The translations under genes and the position numbers were made by a program. A stretch of 64,000 nt of DNA. Source: an uncultured Candidatus Saccharibacteria bacterium. Its GTDB lineage: Bacteria; Patescibacteriota; Minisyncoccia; Phycocordibacterales; UBA9973. Position 1 is the first letter of the stretch, and every line of letters starts with the position of its first letter. Of this stretch, positions 39,791 through 49,782 are shown in pieces. The stretch spans positions 39,058 through 103,057 of the forward strand of contig CAZWAV010000002.1 of the NCBI GenBank assembly GCA_964631935.1, given 5' to 3'. The notes beneath the pieces were generated by a model. The model was not told where the DNA came from and searched no databases. It was given only the letters and a program-made list of their open reading frames with translations.

Positions 39791-40510
39791 TTACCTGACA
39801 TCTTCATAGGACTTTGTGATCGGTTTGTGAATAAAGACTTCTGAGAAATAATTTTTAATATATGGAATAGTTGAAGAAATAAATCCTTTGTTCGAGAACC
39901 TACGACCTGATACAGGCATAACAAAACTAAGAGAGAACTTTGCTTTTCCGAATTTGTGAGCTCTACGTGACGTATTCGTATCATCACCATAAAATGCAAT
40001 CGATGTATCCAGACCTCCCATCTTTATAATCACATCACGTCTTATAACAAAATTATTGAAAATAGCCATATACCCTACACAGTAGTATACAGGCATTGCT
40101 AAAAGCCAGTACATCGTAGACCAAAAATTCTGCCACCAAGAAAGATCGTAATATGAATTTCTTCCACTCAAACATGCTAAATTCTTATTACCTTCAAATT
40201 CTTTTAAAATTCTTTCATACCAACCAACTGGAACCCTAGTATCAGCATCTATAAAAGCAATGAGGTCACCAGAAGATTCCATATACCCTCTTTGCCTAGC
40301 ATGCATTACCCCCTTTTGTATTTCTTTTACAAATTTTACACCATCAAAATTTTTAGCAATATTTTCTGTCTGGTCAGTACTTCCGTTGTCTACGACAATT
40401 ATCTCGTGGAATTTATTACCTGAATTCTTAATAGCATACTCCAAACAAACTCCTATATATTTATCTTCATTATATGCAGGTATTATTAGGCTAATCGTTG
40501 GTTCTTTCAT
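39791..40510 (-). CDS. family 2 glycosyltransferase
   Basis: SLIIPAYNED, VVDNGSTDQT, FIDADT (DxD). Confidence 0.8.
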   Translation of the reverse strand: MKEPTISLIIPAYNEDKYIGVCLEYAIKNSGNKFHEIIVVDNGSTDQTENIAKNFDGVKFVKEIQKGVMHARQRGYMESSGDLIAFIDADTRVPVGWYERILKEFEGNKNLACLSGRNSYYDLSWWQNFWSTMYWLLAMPVYYCVGYMAIFNNFVIRRDVIIKMGGLDTSIAFYGDDTNTSRRAHKFGKAKFSLSFVMPVSGRRFSNKGFISSTIPYIKNYFSEVFIHKPITKSYEDVR

Positions 40511-40540
40511 AAAAATTAGGCTTTGAGTAATTTAATTATA

Positions 40541-41092
40541 CTACAAAACCATCTTTCTCAATTGCTCTAAGGCTCTCCTATGGTGACTTTTTACAGTATT
40601 TAAGGGTTTTTTAAGTATTTTGCCTATTTCGTCGAATGTCATATCCTCTTGGTAATAAAGCATTAGTACTTCTTGATATGTAGGAGATAGGCCTGAAACA
40701 AGTTTAGTTAAAAGCTCTTTATCCTGGAGTTTTTGAATTGCTTCGTCTGGCAAAATGGCTTCATCGGTTAAATTAGTCGAGAAAGGGTCTTCTCCTTCTT
40801 TATCCAGATCAGTAAAAAGAATTTGTTTCTTTTTGCGTAGATAATCTGTAACAGTATTCCGAGTAATAGTGAAAATCCAAGTCTTGAAATGTGACTTTGA
40901 GACATCAAACTTATTAATATTCTTCCAGACTTTAATGAAAACTTCTTGGACTACATCCGGAGTATTGGTTGTACCGACAAACCGTAAAGTATAGTTATAC
41001 AATATTGGAGTATAACGATCTATTAAAGATTTTAGAGCTTTCTGTTGGCCATCTAAATATTGTTGAATTAGTTCTTCGTCACTACTTTCCAT
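40541..41092 (-). CDS. RNA polymerase sigma factor, ECF subfamily
   Basis: Region 2 (VQEVFIKVWKNINKFD...FKTWIFTITRN) and region 4 HTH (YQEVLMLYYQEDMTFDEIGKIL). Confidence 0.8.
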   Translation of the reverse strand: MESSDEELIQQYLDGQQKALKSLIDRYTPILYNYTLRFVGTTNTPDVVQEVFIKVWKNINKFDVSKSHFKTWIFTITRNTVTDYLRKKKQILFTDLDKEGEDPFSTNLTDEAILPDEAIQKLQDKELLTKLVSGLSPTYQEVLMLYYQEDMTFDEIGKILKKPLNTVKSHHRRALEQLRKMVL

Positions 41093-41134
41093 TTATACAC
41101 TATACTACGTAATCAAAGTTTTAAAGAACCATAT

Positions 41135-41506
41135 CTATTTAAGTATGGATCTTACATTTTTTACATCAAGATCTATTTGGAAAGCTAAACTCTCTACCCC
41201 ATCAAATTTCCTGACACCTCTTAAACGCTCTACAATATCAATCTCAATCAAAACATCTTCTGTGTCTGGTACATTTTCATCTGTCACATCTAGTAAATAA
41301 ACTTCCATAGTCTTCTTGCTTTGATCAAATGTGGGTATTGCTCCGTAGTGCAATGCTCCTTTATAGACTTTGTGATCTATCGTTATCCAACTAGCATAAA
41401 TACCTTCATCTAGTAGAAGGTTGTCTGGAATAATAAGATTAATCGTCGGGAAGCCAACCTGGTGCCCACGACCTTCACCTCTAATTTGTTTGGACTGAAA
41501 TAGCAT
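41135..41506 (-). CDS. riboflavin kinase (stand-alone RibF C-terminal domain-like)
   Basis: GEGRGHQVGFPTINL ... YGAIPTF ... EVYLLD ... R.E.KF.S...L..QI..D pattern. Confidence 0.65.
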   Translation of the reverse strand: MLFQSKQIRGEGRGHQVGFPTINLIIPDNLLLDEGIYASWITIDHKVYKGALHYGAIPTFDQSKKTMEVYLLDVTDENVPDTEDVLIEIDIVERLRGVRKFDGVESLAFQIDLDVKNVRSILK

Positions 41507-42419
41507 TTGATTGTAAGCGGGCTATCTTATAAATAGAGAAAGAGAGTAGAAGTGCAGCAAAGTATTGCGACCAGGCAAGGGTCGTGTGATAAAGCGTCAT
41601 GTCAATAAATATTGCTATGAATGGAAATGTGAGTTCAAGGATTGTCGATATGTGAACTGGAGTTTTAGCAAGACCTTTATAGTAAATCACAAGTGCAACA
41701 AGGCCTGTTGATATAGCTATAAGCAGAAATAGGCCGAATTGTGATGTTGTGGGAGCGGACAGAGATTTACCGTAGCCGAACCCAATTACGATAATAAAAG
41801 CTATGATACTGGTGAATAAAAATCTATAAAAGGTGCTGACTTTGTAAGATAGCTTTGTTAGAACCATTTTAGAAAATGTTGTTGATGATCCCCAAGCAAA
41901 AGCAGCACCAAGAGCGTAGAGCGCTGCAACTATAGTCCCCTCACCTGTAGCAAATGACACATAGCCATTCTTGAATGTCACAAAGTAAGCAGCAAGAAGT
42001 GCAAGAAGTGCCCACTTTAGATACCTCTTGTCTAATTTCTCTTTGAGAAAAATAGATGCCGTACTAATAGCAAATATTGGCTGTAATTTTTGAAGAAGGA
42101 ATACAACAGAGAAAGAGATGAAGTGAACCTTAAGTAATGCTGTCGTAAACCAGAGTGTCCCTAGTAACCCGCTTAAGATAGCAATAAGCAGAAGTAGCCA
42201 CATCTCACGTCTTGTCGGCTTTTCAAGCTTAAGACTTTTCAATACAAAGGGAGTAAGAATAGCAAGGCCTATAATATGCTCAAAAAAGATAATAGTTATA
42301 GGGGGAAGGCTATATAGATTTCTTCGTATAACACCATCAAGAGCCCACAAGAACGCTGCAATGATAATAAGCACGGGGCCACTGGCATTAATCTTCTTGA
42401 TTATATTCATATAAATCAA
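41481..42419 (-). CDS. EamA/DMT-family transporter
   Basis: 312 aa, 10 TM helices, duplicated EamA halves. Confidence 0.6.
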   Translation of the reverse strand: MIYMNIIKKINASGPVLIIIAAFLWALDGVIRRNLYSLPPITIIFFEHIIGLAILTPFVLKSLKLEKPTRREMWLLLLIAILSGLLGTLWFTTALLKVHFISFSVVFLLQKLQPIFAISTASIFLKEKLDKRYLKWALLALLAAYFVTFKNGYVSFATGEGTIVAALYALGAAFAWGSSTTFSKMVLTKLSYKVSTFYRFLFTSIIAFIIVIGFGYGKSLSAPTTSQFGLFLLIAISTGLVALVIYYKGLAKTPVHISTILELTFPFIAIFIDMTLYHTTLAWSQYFAALLLSFSIYKIARLQSNAISVQTN

Positions 42420-42524
42420 AGTATACTAGGTTTTATTGATTAAAGGAAACCTATATACAATATGGCAATAGACTAAAAATTTGGTACACTACAAGTAGTA
42501 TTAACAATATAACACTTATATAGT

Positions 42525-44279
42525 ATGGAGAAAAAAATTGTAGCAAATCTAGGAAGAGATAACACACAACAATTACGCAATCACCGAGGCCTTGAAGGAG
42601 GAAGTGCGTTTTTACAGCAAGAAGTAGTGGAAAATAAAATAGGTAGACAGCCTTCTCCTGCAAAGAAGAACCGACTCATAAGTCCCGAAGAAAGAAAAGC
42701 AGAAGAAGTAGAACTAGCAAAAAAGGAAGCAGAAGATGCTTACCCACCTAAGACGGCTATTCCTAATAAAGAAATCAGTAAAGAGCCTAAAAAAGCCATG
42801 GTTTCTGAACCAGAAAAGAATAATCTTTCAGCTTCAGTTAAACATTTTTTAAATAAATATAAGAGAAAATTATTTTTAACATTGGGATTAGCGGTTCTTC
42901 CTGCTATGAGTGCGAGCGCAGGAAATACTCACAATGCTGAAAGAATATTTTCCGATACAACAACTACTAGTGATGCTAGAAAAATCGAGAGTGAAATAAA
43001 TAAAACGTCAGAAAAAATAGAGATAAAAATTGCTAATTATTTCCAGACAGACAAAGCAGAGATATCTCCAGAAAATGCCAAAGAAATATCGCAATTAGTA
43101 TCTACCTATATTAACAATCTAAATGAGACTAATATTAACCAATTTCTTAGTTCAACACCCCAGCTTAATGTAAGTTGTGATCCTCGTAATACAAACTCAT
43201 ACGAGAATGGTAATCGTGGTCTTGCTCAAGCCAGAGCAGAAGAGACACAAAGAGTTATTAGTACAAGTGTTGCTGGTTTAGATCTATCTAAGTCAGGATT
43301 AAATCAGGCTCAAATAAAAAAAGTAATTGAAAAATTTAGTAACTTAAATTTCAATATTCCAGAAAATGGAGTTATCGATTACCACACTGTTGCAACAGAA
43401 GCAGACTGGACAGAGGCACAGAGAAACGAGGCAAAGAAAATGGAGATTTTTCAGAAAATGCGATTTGTGAATTTGGAATTAGCTGCTTTAAACACAGAGA
43501 AGCCTAAAACCAATAAAGAAAAGATTAAAAACATGTTTGAAGTACAAGGCTACAATAAAGTTCTTTTGCTTATTGATAAAAGTCCATCTATGGAAGCTAA
43601 TAAAAAAGCGATAATGGATAGCTTGCATGCATCAGAAAATATCAATATTCCAACTTCTGTAATTGGTTATACAAATAAAATAGATACGGCTTTTGTTGCA
43701 GAAAATTTAAATGGAGCAGCTAAAATCATCGAGAATATGAAATTTGTAAATGAAGAGGAGGAGCTTACTATAGATGAAACCATAGCAACTCTTAATAATG
43801 AGAATATTGGCACAGAGAAGATTGTAGCATTCATCGTCACGGACGAAGAGTTACAACATGTGTCAAAAGAGAAGTTAGAGACATTAAAAAAACTATCCAC
43901 AGATAAAAATACCACACTTGTATTTACTATTATGATTGGCGGTGAAATACACCAGCTTTCTTTGGGTGATGTTGAAAATGCTTTTAATAAAAAATATAAT
44001 GAAGCTGACCACTTAAAAGCAATTGAAACAACAGCAAAACAAGTTGCAATATTTAATAAAATATTGCTAGAACAAAAAGCACAAAATAGTTCTCCTAAAG
44101 AAATAAAAGAAACACAAGAAAGCCTTGCAAGTCTTATGAAAACTCTAGAGAAGCTAAATGAGGTCAATATTAGTAATTTCAAAGATATAGCAAAGAAACC
44201 TATTCAACATATAGGTCCTGAGTATTCAAATAAAACAAATACAGTAATACTTGGATCAGACTTAGCAACAAATAAATAG
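42525..44279 (+). CDS. membrane-anchored protein with von Willebrand factor A-like domain
   Basis: 584 aa; Lys/Glu-rich N-terminus, TM (LFLTLGLAVLPAMSASA), MIDAS-like VLLLIDKSPSM (DxSxS); true start may be internal. Confidence 0.45.
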   Translation: MEKKIVANLGRDNTQQLRNHRGLEGGSAFLQQEVVENKIGRQPSPAKKNRLISPEERKAEEVELAKKEAEDAYPPKTAIPNKEISKEPKKAMVSEPEKNNLSASVKHFLNKYKRKLFLTLGLAVLPAMSASAGNTHNAERIFSDTTTTSDARKIESEINKTSEKIEIKIANYFQTDKAEISPENAKEISQLVSTYINNLNETNINQFLSSTPQLNVSCDPRNTNSYENGNRGLAQARAEETQRVISTSVAGLDLSKSGLNQAQIKKVIEKFSNLNFNIPENGVIDYHTVATEADWTEAQRNEAKKMEIFQKMRFVNLELAALNTEKPKTNKEKIKNMFEVQGYNKVLLLIDKSPSMEANKKAIMDSLHASENINIPTSVIGYTNKIDTAFVAENLNGAAKIIENMKFVNEEEELTIDETIATLNNENIGTEKIVAFIVTDEELQHVSKEKLETLKKLSTDKNTTLVFTIMIGGEIHQLSLGDVENAFNKKYNEADHLKAIETTAKQVAIFNKILLEQKAQNSSPKEIKETQESLASLMKTLEKLNEVNISNFKDIAKKPIQHIGPEYSNKTNTVILGSDLATNK

Positions 44280-44441
44280 ACAAGCACAAAAAATACCTTG
44301 AAATCATTCAGGGTATTTTTGTATTTAATTGACGATATTATTCAAAACTAGTTTAATTTAGATTTTTGCACCTTTTTAATTAGTATCACCGTATCTATTA
44401 ATGGGTCCGAATTTATAAGTTAATGAATTTTAAAATTATAT

Positions 44442-45107
44442 ATGACAAAAAAATCAACAATCACAGCTCTTGCCGCAGTTATCCTTACGGCTTCAGCATT
44501 TGGATTTAGCGGAGTAGCATTAGCAGAGAATCAAACAACACCTTCATCATGGAAATCAAGCCAAAGACACATTAAAGACTACCTTAAACATGCCCCTGGA
44601 GTAATAGGACAAGTTACCTCAGTAAATGGATCAATCATAAACATAAGTAGTAATAATACTAATTATTCAATAGATGCGAGCACTGCTAAAATATTGAAAA
44701 ATAGAAATACTATCATTACTACTTCTGATATCTTAGTTGGTGATACTATTATGGCTCAAGGTACAGTCACAGGCACAAATGTACTAGCTACTACCGTCTT
44801 TGACGGCAAGCCTATTGTGGGCAAGAAGGGCCAAGGCAACTTCCCTGGCGTTATAGGTATAGTAAGTGCCATCAACGGTAACGCATTCTCGGTAACAACT
44901 AAGGATAATGTTGTTTACACAGTGGATGCTACTGGTGCAAAGATAAAGAAAGGTTCCCCTGCTACAGTGGCCCAGATCACTGATATCGTAAACGGAGATA
45001 CAGTAATGGTCCGAGGTACGGTCAACGGCACATCTGTCGCCGCAAAGACAATACTAGATGGCAAGCTTGATTCTACGAAAATAAAGCACCGAGGAATTAA
45101 AAGTTAA
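44442..45107 (+). CDS. secreted protein with two tandem ~75-aa repeats (DUF5666-like)
   Basis: Signal peptide ending ALA; repeats PGVIGQVTSVNGS...TVFDGK and PGVIGIVSAINGN...TILDGK. Confidence 0.5.
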   Translation: MTKKSTITALAAVILTASAFGFSGVALAENQTTPSSWKSSQRHIKDYLKHAPGVIGQVTSVNGSIINISSNNTNYSIDASTAKILKNRNTIITTSDILVGDTIMAQGTVTGTNVLATTVFDGKPIVGKKGQGNFPGVIGIVSAINGNAFSVTTKDNVVYTVDATGAKIKKGSPATVAQITDIVNGDTVMVRGTVNGTSVAAKTILDGKLDSTKIKHRGIKS

Positions 45108-45260
45108 CATATAGTCGTAATCTCTATCTTAAAACACTCTGACAAAATCGGGGTGTTTTAATTATGGTATATAGGACCCAACCTTGACTTTTTACTAAAT
45201 AAATGTTAATAAATATGTAATTCTTGAACAATCAAAAACAGGCCTAGGAGGGCCTTATGT

Positions 45261-46052
45261 ATGAAAAAAATTGCCTTAGTTGTATTAACTGCATTATTTG
45301 CAATAACAACATTCGCACAGTTTAACCCAAGTTACAGTGGTAAAATACAGGCTACTGGCATGCTTGAAAAAAGTGACATGGGATCATACCCTATCACAGA
45401 AAAGCGTGTGGCCCTGGAAGCAGAAGGAGTATACCAATCATTGTTTTATGACATCAACTACAACAAGTTGATGAAAAAAACAGCCATGCTAACAGCCGGT
45501 TATGGCCAATTTAAAGAATTGGCAAACGATTACCTAATCGTATGGGGCTTAGGAGCCACAGGTATTGTGATGCCAAATTATGATCCACAGAAAAGCAAAG
45601 CATTAATGCTAGGCGGCAGTGGATATGTTAACTTGTCCCGGGAGTACGGATTTGATTTTGAATTAAATGTCACTTACGCTTCAAAGCTAAAAAATAGTAG
45701 CAATGAATGGGGGCAGACATTGTTCTTTGTTGATGGAGAATATATAAAGAAATTTGGACGTTTGGTTGGGTTGGGTTTTAATATTGAATACCTGAACCAG
45801 GCAAACACAGAAACACCACCAATAGATCAAAACATCCAGTATTATGGTCAGGTGTTTACAAATAGCAGAACAACAGCCGGTATATTCCTTAGTTTAAGCC
45901 CAAAATCATTCCAGATAATGCTGGGTCCTGAGCTTGCCAGAGAAAAGCAAACACAAAAGCAAAGTTACCAGCCTAAAACATTTAACGCTGGTAACTGGTT
46001 ACTACAGTTCAGAGCAAAAATTGTTTACAACTTTAAAAGATTTAAAGAATAG
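45261..46052 (+). CDS. secreted hypothetical protein
   Basis: Signal peptide MKKIALVVLTALFAITTFAQ; beta-rich, Tyr/Gly/Asn-rich composition. Confidence 0.45.
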   Translation: MKKIALVVLTALFAITTFAQFNPSYSGKIQATGMLEKSDMGSYPITEKRVALEAEGVYQSLFYDINYNKLMKKTAMLTAGYGQFKELANDYLIVWGLGATGIVMPNYDPQKSKALMLGGSGYVNLSREYGFDFELNVTYASKLKNSSNEWGQTLFFVDGEYIKKFGRLVGLGFNIEYLNQANTETPPIDQNIQYYGQVFTNSRTTAGIFLSLSPKSFQIMLGPELAREKQTQKQSYQPKTFNAGNWLLQFRAKIVYNFKRFKE

Positions 46053-46076
46053 TAAGTAAATAATTTTTAATAAATT

Positions 46077-46106
46077 AAAAGAGGAGCTTTTTAGCTCCTC
46101 TTTTTT
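46077..46106. terminator. bidirectional hairpin terminator
   Basis: aaaagaggagctttttagctcctctttttt. Confidence 0.6.
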
Positions 46107-46119
46107 CTTTATATAATGT

Positions 46120-47592
46120 TTAAATATCCAAATCTAGAATCTCGTCAATCCTGATCTGTTCGATAAATTCTGGTACGTGGGAGACAAGAATCATAGCCCC
46201 TTGATAAGTATCTAGGGCTTTAGCGATGATTGGTAAGTGGCGGAAGTTTATATGGTTTGTTGGTTCATCAAGAATTAATAATCCTGGTTGCTCAATGACT
46301 AAACGCGCAAAAGCGACAAGACCCTTTTGTCCTTCTGAAAGACTTCCTATTCTGGTATGCACCATATCACCTGTTATAAGAAATCCTGCAACAGTAGCAC
46401 GAATTTTTTCTTCATCGACTCTTCCAGTTACCCTTCTTGATACATCAGCAAGCGATTCATAGACGGTGTCGTTGAAGTTAAGAGTAGAAAAATCTTGTCG
46501 ATAGTAACCTACGTGTACTCCATTTCCAATCACAGCTCCTTCCGCTTTTCCACTAGCAAGAGCTTCAAGTAAAGTACTCTTACCTATTCCATTCGGACCA
46601 GAGAGTAATAAATGTTTATTCTTGCGTAATTTTATATTAACCTTTTTCTTTTTTGGTTTACCACTTTTTAGGATAGTAACAGAAGACAACTCAACAATAT
46701 CACCATTTATATCCGGCTGAACCGGGATCGTAAATGGGCGAATAGTTTTATCTTCTTTTCTTACGTCTACTTTCTCTTCTTCTAAATCTTCTGCGAGTTC
46801 ACGCATGCGCTTAGCAACAGCACGTAGATTTCCTCCTTTCATAGCAAAAGCGTTGGCTTGATCTTTCTTGGCTTGAATCTCTTTAGAAAGAAGTGCATTT
46901 TTACGATTCTCACGATCCATACGTACAGCGATTTGATCACGCACATCTGTATAGTTACCTACATATTGCTCAATCTTGCGAGTATAAACATCTAGATAAA
47001 GCACGGCATCGGTGAATGCGTTTAGAAATACTGCATCGTGAGAAATAACAATAACAGTCTTTTTGTATTTAACCAAGAAATCAGTCAAGTGAGCAATACC
47101 AGCTTTATCTAGATTATTCGTTGGTTCATCTAAAAGCAATATATCTGGCTCTTGGATAAGAGCAGAAGCAAGAAGAAGACGTGCTTGTTGGCCACCTGAG
47201 AATGATTTCACTATTCGATCATGGACTTTTTCGTGGCCTTTTAGATTAACAATTTCAAGAACATCATCAATCCGAGGATCAATGTCGTACACTTTGTCTT
47301 TAAAACATTTTTCAAAGAATGCCCGTACAGTTAGATCAAGTTCATCGCGAGGTATTACTTGGCGAGAGAGGGCTATGGTTGTGCGTTGCGCAAGGTGAAC
47401 TTGGCCTTCTTCTGGCTGATTTGCACCAGTAATCAAAGAGAATATTGTACTCTTCCCAGCGCCGTTCTGACCCATAATAGTAACCTTCATTCCACGTCGT
47501 ATAGAAAAATCCACATTATCCAAAATGTGTTTATTGTGCCCATATTCAAATGAAAGCTTTTCAAAGCGTATAACAACTTCCCCGTGAGCCAT
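46120..47592 (-). CDS. ABC-F family ATPase (tandem ABC domains, no TMD)
   Basis: Two Walker A sites (GQNGAGKST; GPNGIGKST), two LSGGQ-like signatures (FSGGQQ; LSEGQK), charged inter-domain linker. Confidence 0.8.
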   Translation of the reverse strand: MAHGEVVIRFEKLSFEYGHNKHILDNVDFSIRRGMKVTIMGQNGAGKSTIFSLITGANQPEEGQVHLAQRTTIALSRQVIPRDELDLTVRAFFEKCFKDKVYDIDPRIDDVLEIVNLKGHEKVHDRIVKSFSGGQQARLLLASALIQEPDILLLDEPTNNLDKAGIAHLTDFLVKYKKTVIVISHDAVFLNAFTDAVLYLDVYTRKIEQYVGNYTDVRDQIAVRMDRENRKNALLSKEIQAKKDQANAFAMKGGNLRAVAKRMRELAEDLEEEKVDVRKEDKTIRPFTIPVQPDINGDIVELSSVTILKSGKPKKKKVNIKLRKNKHLLLSGPNGIGKSTLLEALASGKAEGAVIGNGVHVGYYRQDFSTLNFNDTVYESLADVSRRVTGRVDEEKIRATVAGFLITGDMVHTRIGSLSEGQKGLVAFARLVIEQPGLLILDEPTNHINFRHLPIIAKALDTYQGAMILVSHVPEFIEQIRIDEILDLDI

Positions 47593-47639
47593 ATAGACTT
47601 CTACTTTACACTGTTTTTACTTAAATAGAAAGAGGTATT

Positions 47640-47668
47640 AAAAAATACCTTCATAGAAGGTATTTTTT
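47640..47668. terminator. bidirectional hairpin terminator
   Basis: aaaaaatacc-ttcatagaa-ggtatttttt. Confidence 0.6.
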
Positions 47669-47687
47669 AATGATAGAGTCTTTTTAA

Positions 47688-48779
47688 TTATTTCTTTGTT
47701 GTAAATGAAACAGCGTCTCCATAGACAGTTCCATTTTGATTTCTAGCAACTAGATGATAGTAATACTTTGTATTTGAACCTAATCCATTTACATTAATCT
47801 TTACAACTTGTGAGTTGGTACTTGACGCAAGTGTCCCTTTTGGAGTACCGCTACCTATAAGATTGTTTAACAATGAATCATTACTATACTCAAACCAGTA
47901 AGTCGTCTCAGATCCATTTGGGTTTATATTTCCAACAAATGTTGCATCAGTTGCACTTACATTTGTTGCTCCAGATGTCTGTACTGTTGGCTTACTTGAT
48001 ACGGCTGGCCCAATAGTTGTAAAGCTCATAGTTGTACCATTTACTGTACCATATTGATTCTGTGCATTTATACGGAAGTAGAATTTAGTAAGTGGTTCAA
48101 GCCCAGAGACTGGTGTCGGCACTGATATAAGTGATGATCCAGAATTAGTTGATTTGAAATCTGTGACATAACCAAAGTTAGTATCTCTTCCATATTCAAA
48201 CCAGTAGTTTGTAGGTGCACCATTTGGATTAACTTGTCCATTTAAAACAACTGATGTGCTGTCGACACTTGTAGCTTTATTTGTACCAGATATCGGCGCT
48301 ACCCCCTTAGGTGCAGGATTATTATTTGTCTGGAAACTATAAGTTTCGCCATTAACCGTACCGAACTGGTTCTTTGCACTTAATCTAAAGTAGTAAAGAG
48401 TGTTCGCTTTTAAACCCGTTATAAATCCTGGGGTAGGGGTGGAATAAAATCCAGAACCAATAGCTTGTGCTGTGGTCCTATTTCCTAACGCTGTTGTTGA
48501 TCCGTATTCAAACCAGTAAGTAGTAGATGCACCATTTGGTTTTACATGGCCATTTACGCTTGCTGTTGAAACTGAAGTTCCATTTTCGAGACTTGTTTGC
48601 ACTACAGGAGCATCTGCTTTTTGAGTAGTTGTGGGTGTAGTTATAGTAGGTGTCACTGTTATATTTGTAGAACTGTTGTCGATTGGAGTTACTACTTCTT
48701 TATTATTACTTGAAATATAAAATCCAATTCCAACTAAAACGACTAAACCTAGTAATCCGATAATTACGTTTTTATTCAT
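47688..48779 (-). CDS. membrane-anchored/secreted protein with three FN3-like repeats
   Basis: N-terminal TM; three repeats carrying TYWFEYG...L...T.YYFR..A.N..GTV.G...SF.T. Confidence 0.6.
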   Translation of the reverse strand: MNKNVIIGLLGLVVLVGIGFYISSNNKEVVTPIDNSSTNITVTPTITTPTTTQKADAPVVQTSLENGTSVSTASVNGHVKPNGASTTYWFEYGSTTALGNRTTAQAIGSGFYSTPTPGFITGLKANTLYYFRLSAKNQFGTVNGETYSFQTNNNPAPKGVAPISGTNKATSVDSTSVVLNGQVNPNGAPTNYWFEYGRDTNFGYVTDFKSTNSGSSLISVPTPVSGLEPLTKFYFRINAQNQYGTVNGTTMSFTTIGPAVSSKPTVQTSGATNVSATDATFVGNINPNGSETTYWFEYSNDSLLNNLIGSGTPKGTLASSTNSQVVKINVNGLGSNTKYYYHLVARNQNGTVYGDAVSFTTKK

Positions 48780-48972
48780 AAATTATTTTTATTATTATCT
48801 GTTAAATTTTTATGTGTAAAGTTTAATATTACACAATGCGACCTTATACAATAGTAGACGTTTTGGCGCCTAGTAACTTACACACAAAATTTACTGAGAT
48901 CGCCCTATCTCACGCACTTAAAGGAGAAGCGACAAGCTACTTCTAGTAGAACACTTGTATATTTTTATTGTT

Positions 48973-49740
48973 TTAATACCCGGGCACTAGAAAACCTTGA
49001 ATTTTTGATAGCGGTACAGGAAAAGCTACAGCACCTAAGACGCCCGGCCCGATGGCAAATTTATCAAAATAAATTATTAAATTTTTACTACTGAGAGAAA
49101 AGTTTGAAAATGAGTCAAATGTCAAAGCTCCGACTTCTTCTGGAAAAACTACGGAATATTTACCTCCTTCTGGACGCCAGTTTGCAAGAGCCTTTTTCAT
49201 GTAAGCTACAAATGCATCGTGCTTTGTCGAGAGAATAATATCACTTAGAGATAATATTTTTCCTGTTGATTTTGAAGCAGTGAAAACTTTGTACGAGTCA
49301 TCGCCATTTGCTCCACCGGTATAAACATAATTATCTATTATTATAGATTCTGTCTTGTCTCCTTTTATATATGTTGCCTTTAAATCAATTTCATATTTAG
49401 CCGTAGGAGAATCAGTGCCGAATTTCGCACGCATATCTGGGACATCTTGATCAGCAGATTGCTTAAACGAAGCAAGGGTCTGATCCATATATAGACGTGC
49501 AGCATTTGCCAAAACAGAAGAGCCTTTGATGATAGACTTGGTTCCTGTGAAGTTTTCTTCTTTTATACTCTCCTCTGTTGGTGGTTCTTGTGTCGTTGAT
49601 ATTGGTGTATTTTGAACATCTTCTTCTTTAGGAGTATCTACTGTCACAGGCTCTTGTGTGTTCTTTTTAAGAAGAATGCCACAAAGGCCGATAATTATAA
49701 GCGCCAACACTAGAATGATAACTTTTGATTTATTTCCCAT
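48973..49740 (-). CDS. membrane-anchored protein, DUF3298/DUF4163 (RsiV-like) candidate
   Basis: N-terminal TM, extracytoplasmic domain ending ...IIYFDKFAIGPGVLGAVAFPVPLSKI. Confidence 0.4.
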   Translation of the reverse strand: MGNKSKVIILVLALIIIGLCGILLKKNTQEPVTVDTPKEEDVQNTPISTTQEPPTEESIKEENFTGTKSIIKGSSVLANAARLYMDQTLASFKQSADQDVPDMRAKFGTDSPTAKYEIDLKATYIKGDKTESIIIDNYVYTGGANGDDSYKVFTASKSTGKILSLSDIILSTKHDAFVAYMKKALANWRPEGGKYSVVFPEEVGALTFDSFSNFSLSSKNLIIYFDKFAIGPGVLGAVAFPVPLSKIQGFLVPGY

Positions 49741-49782
49741 ATATAAAATAGTAACACAACAATACCCATTAGGAAACAGCTA

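Noticed and set aside
42451-42663. 70-aa ORF on the minus strand overlapping the start of the vWA-protein gene
   Set aside because: Low-complexity Leu/Phe-rich product that overlaps the promoter and 5' end of a better-supported divergent gene; likely spurious.
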